The notes beneath the pieces are model-generated. The model was not told the DNA's origin. It worked only from the letters and a program-made list of their open reading frames with translations, and did not search any database. A stretch of 64,000 nt of DNA from assembly GCF_018977255.1 (NCBI RefSeq), contig NW_024704742.1, positions 95,110,001 to 95,174,000 of the forward strand, read 5' to 3'. The number at the start of each line of letters is the position of its first letter. The first letter of the stretch is position 1. Shown here one piece after another: positions 62,954 to 64,000 of the stretch. The position numbers were made by a program, and so were the translations under genes. The stretch comes from Callorhinchus milii (Eukaryota).

Positions 62954-64000
62954 ATACTTCTTGTTCTCGCTCTTAATGAGTTTTTTAGGTTTTTTTTGCT
63001 GGTTTCTAAAACTCTCCCAATCTTCAGATTTGCTGCTTTTCTTGGCAGTTTTATAAGCTTTTTCTTTTAATTTGATGCTTTCCCTAACTGCTCTAGTTAG
63101 CCACGGATGACTTGCTTTCCCTGTGGTACTCTTATTCCATAATGGAATATGCGACCACTAAGAATTATGCACTACATCCTTAAATATTTGCCACTGTTGG
63201 TCTACATTTTTACCTCTTAATCTTATTCTCCAGTCTATTTTACCTAAATCTTTCCTCATACCTACAAAATTAGCCTATTTAAATTCAGAATATTTGCCTC
63301 GGATTTAATTATATCCCTCTCTAACTTAATGCAGAATTCAATCATATTGTGATCACTGCCCTTGAGGAGTTTTAATACCTACACTGCCGACTAGCCCTGT
63401 TTCATTACACAGAACAAGGTCTAGGATGGCCTGTCCCCTAGTTGGTTCCTTGGCATGCTGCTCTAGAAAGTTATCTCTCATACACTCAACGAACTCTTCT
63501 TCTAACCTACTTTTGCCGATTTGGTTTTCCCAATCTATGTGGAGATTGAAATCACCCACTATTATCGCTTTACCTTTCCTACATGCTCCACTGATTTCTT
63601 GAATAATACCTTGTGCTATTTTGTGATCACTGTTTGGGGGTCTATAAACCACTCCCATTAATATTTTCTGTCCCTTATTATTTTTTATTTCCACCCATAT
63701 TGTCTCGACCTCCTGGTCATCAGATTTCAGATCCTTCCTCTCCACTGCTTTTATTTCATCCCTAATTAACAGGGCTACCCCCCGACTTCGTTTTCCACAG
63801 TGCCTATCTTTCCTGTAAACTGAGAATCCTGGAATATTTAACTCCCACCCTAGATCTCCTTGTAACCATGTTTCAATGATGGCTACTAGATCGTACCCAT
63901 ATGTGTCTATCTGTGCTTTTAATTCATCAGTTTTATTCCGAATGCTTCGCGCATTCGGATATAACATTTTTAATTTCCTACCATTTCCTCTACTCTCTGA
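62954..64000 (-). mobile_element. CR1 LINE ORF2 5' part with APE endonuclease (upstream part of the split element; runs off the window)
   Basis: Y.NARSIRNK, ETWL, YRKDR, GVVYRPP, GDFN, PTR..AILDLVL; continues into 60516 across the nested insert. Confidence 0.95.

Overview
Repeat-dense, AT-rich vertebrate genomic DNA. The repeat complement (Deu-domain SINEs, a tRNA-Ala-headed SINE with an L2-type tail, L2 and CR1 LINEs, a Penelope-type hairpin element) points to a cartilaginous fish, probably a chimaera; this is inference from recalled consensus sequences. No host protein-coding gene could be recognised, so the window looks intronic or intergenic. The main feature is a decayed epsilon-like (class I) endogenous retrovirus on the minus strand (~8860-14170). 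It has a 5' LTR, a perfect tRNA-Gln primer-binding site, gag, protease, RT, RNase H and the start of integrase, but no env or 3' LTR. Between protease and RT it carries an extra ~150-codon domain with two H-x-T motifs, i.e. a 2H-phosphoesterase. Other structures: a second unrelated gag-like relic (~3.8-5.3 kb); a palindromic insert with an exact 18-bp target-site duplication; a tRNA-Glu/L2 chimera nested in an LF-SINE-like element; a fold-back element with hAT-like ends and GA/CT-rich arms (34.5-39.6 kb); and a nested, chimeric CR1 cluster (58.2-64 kb). Boundaries of decayed repeats are approximate and all family assignments were made by eye, without database searches.
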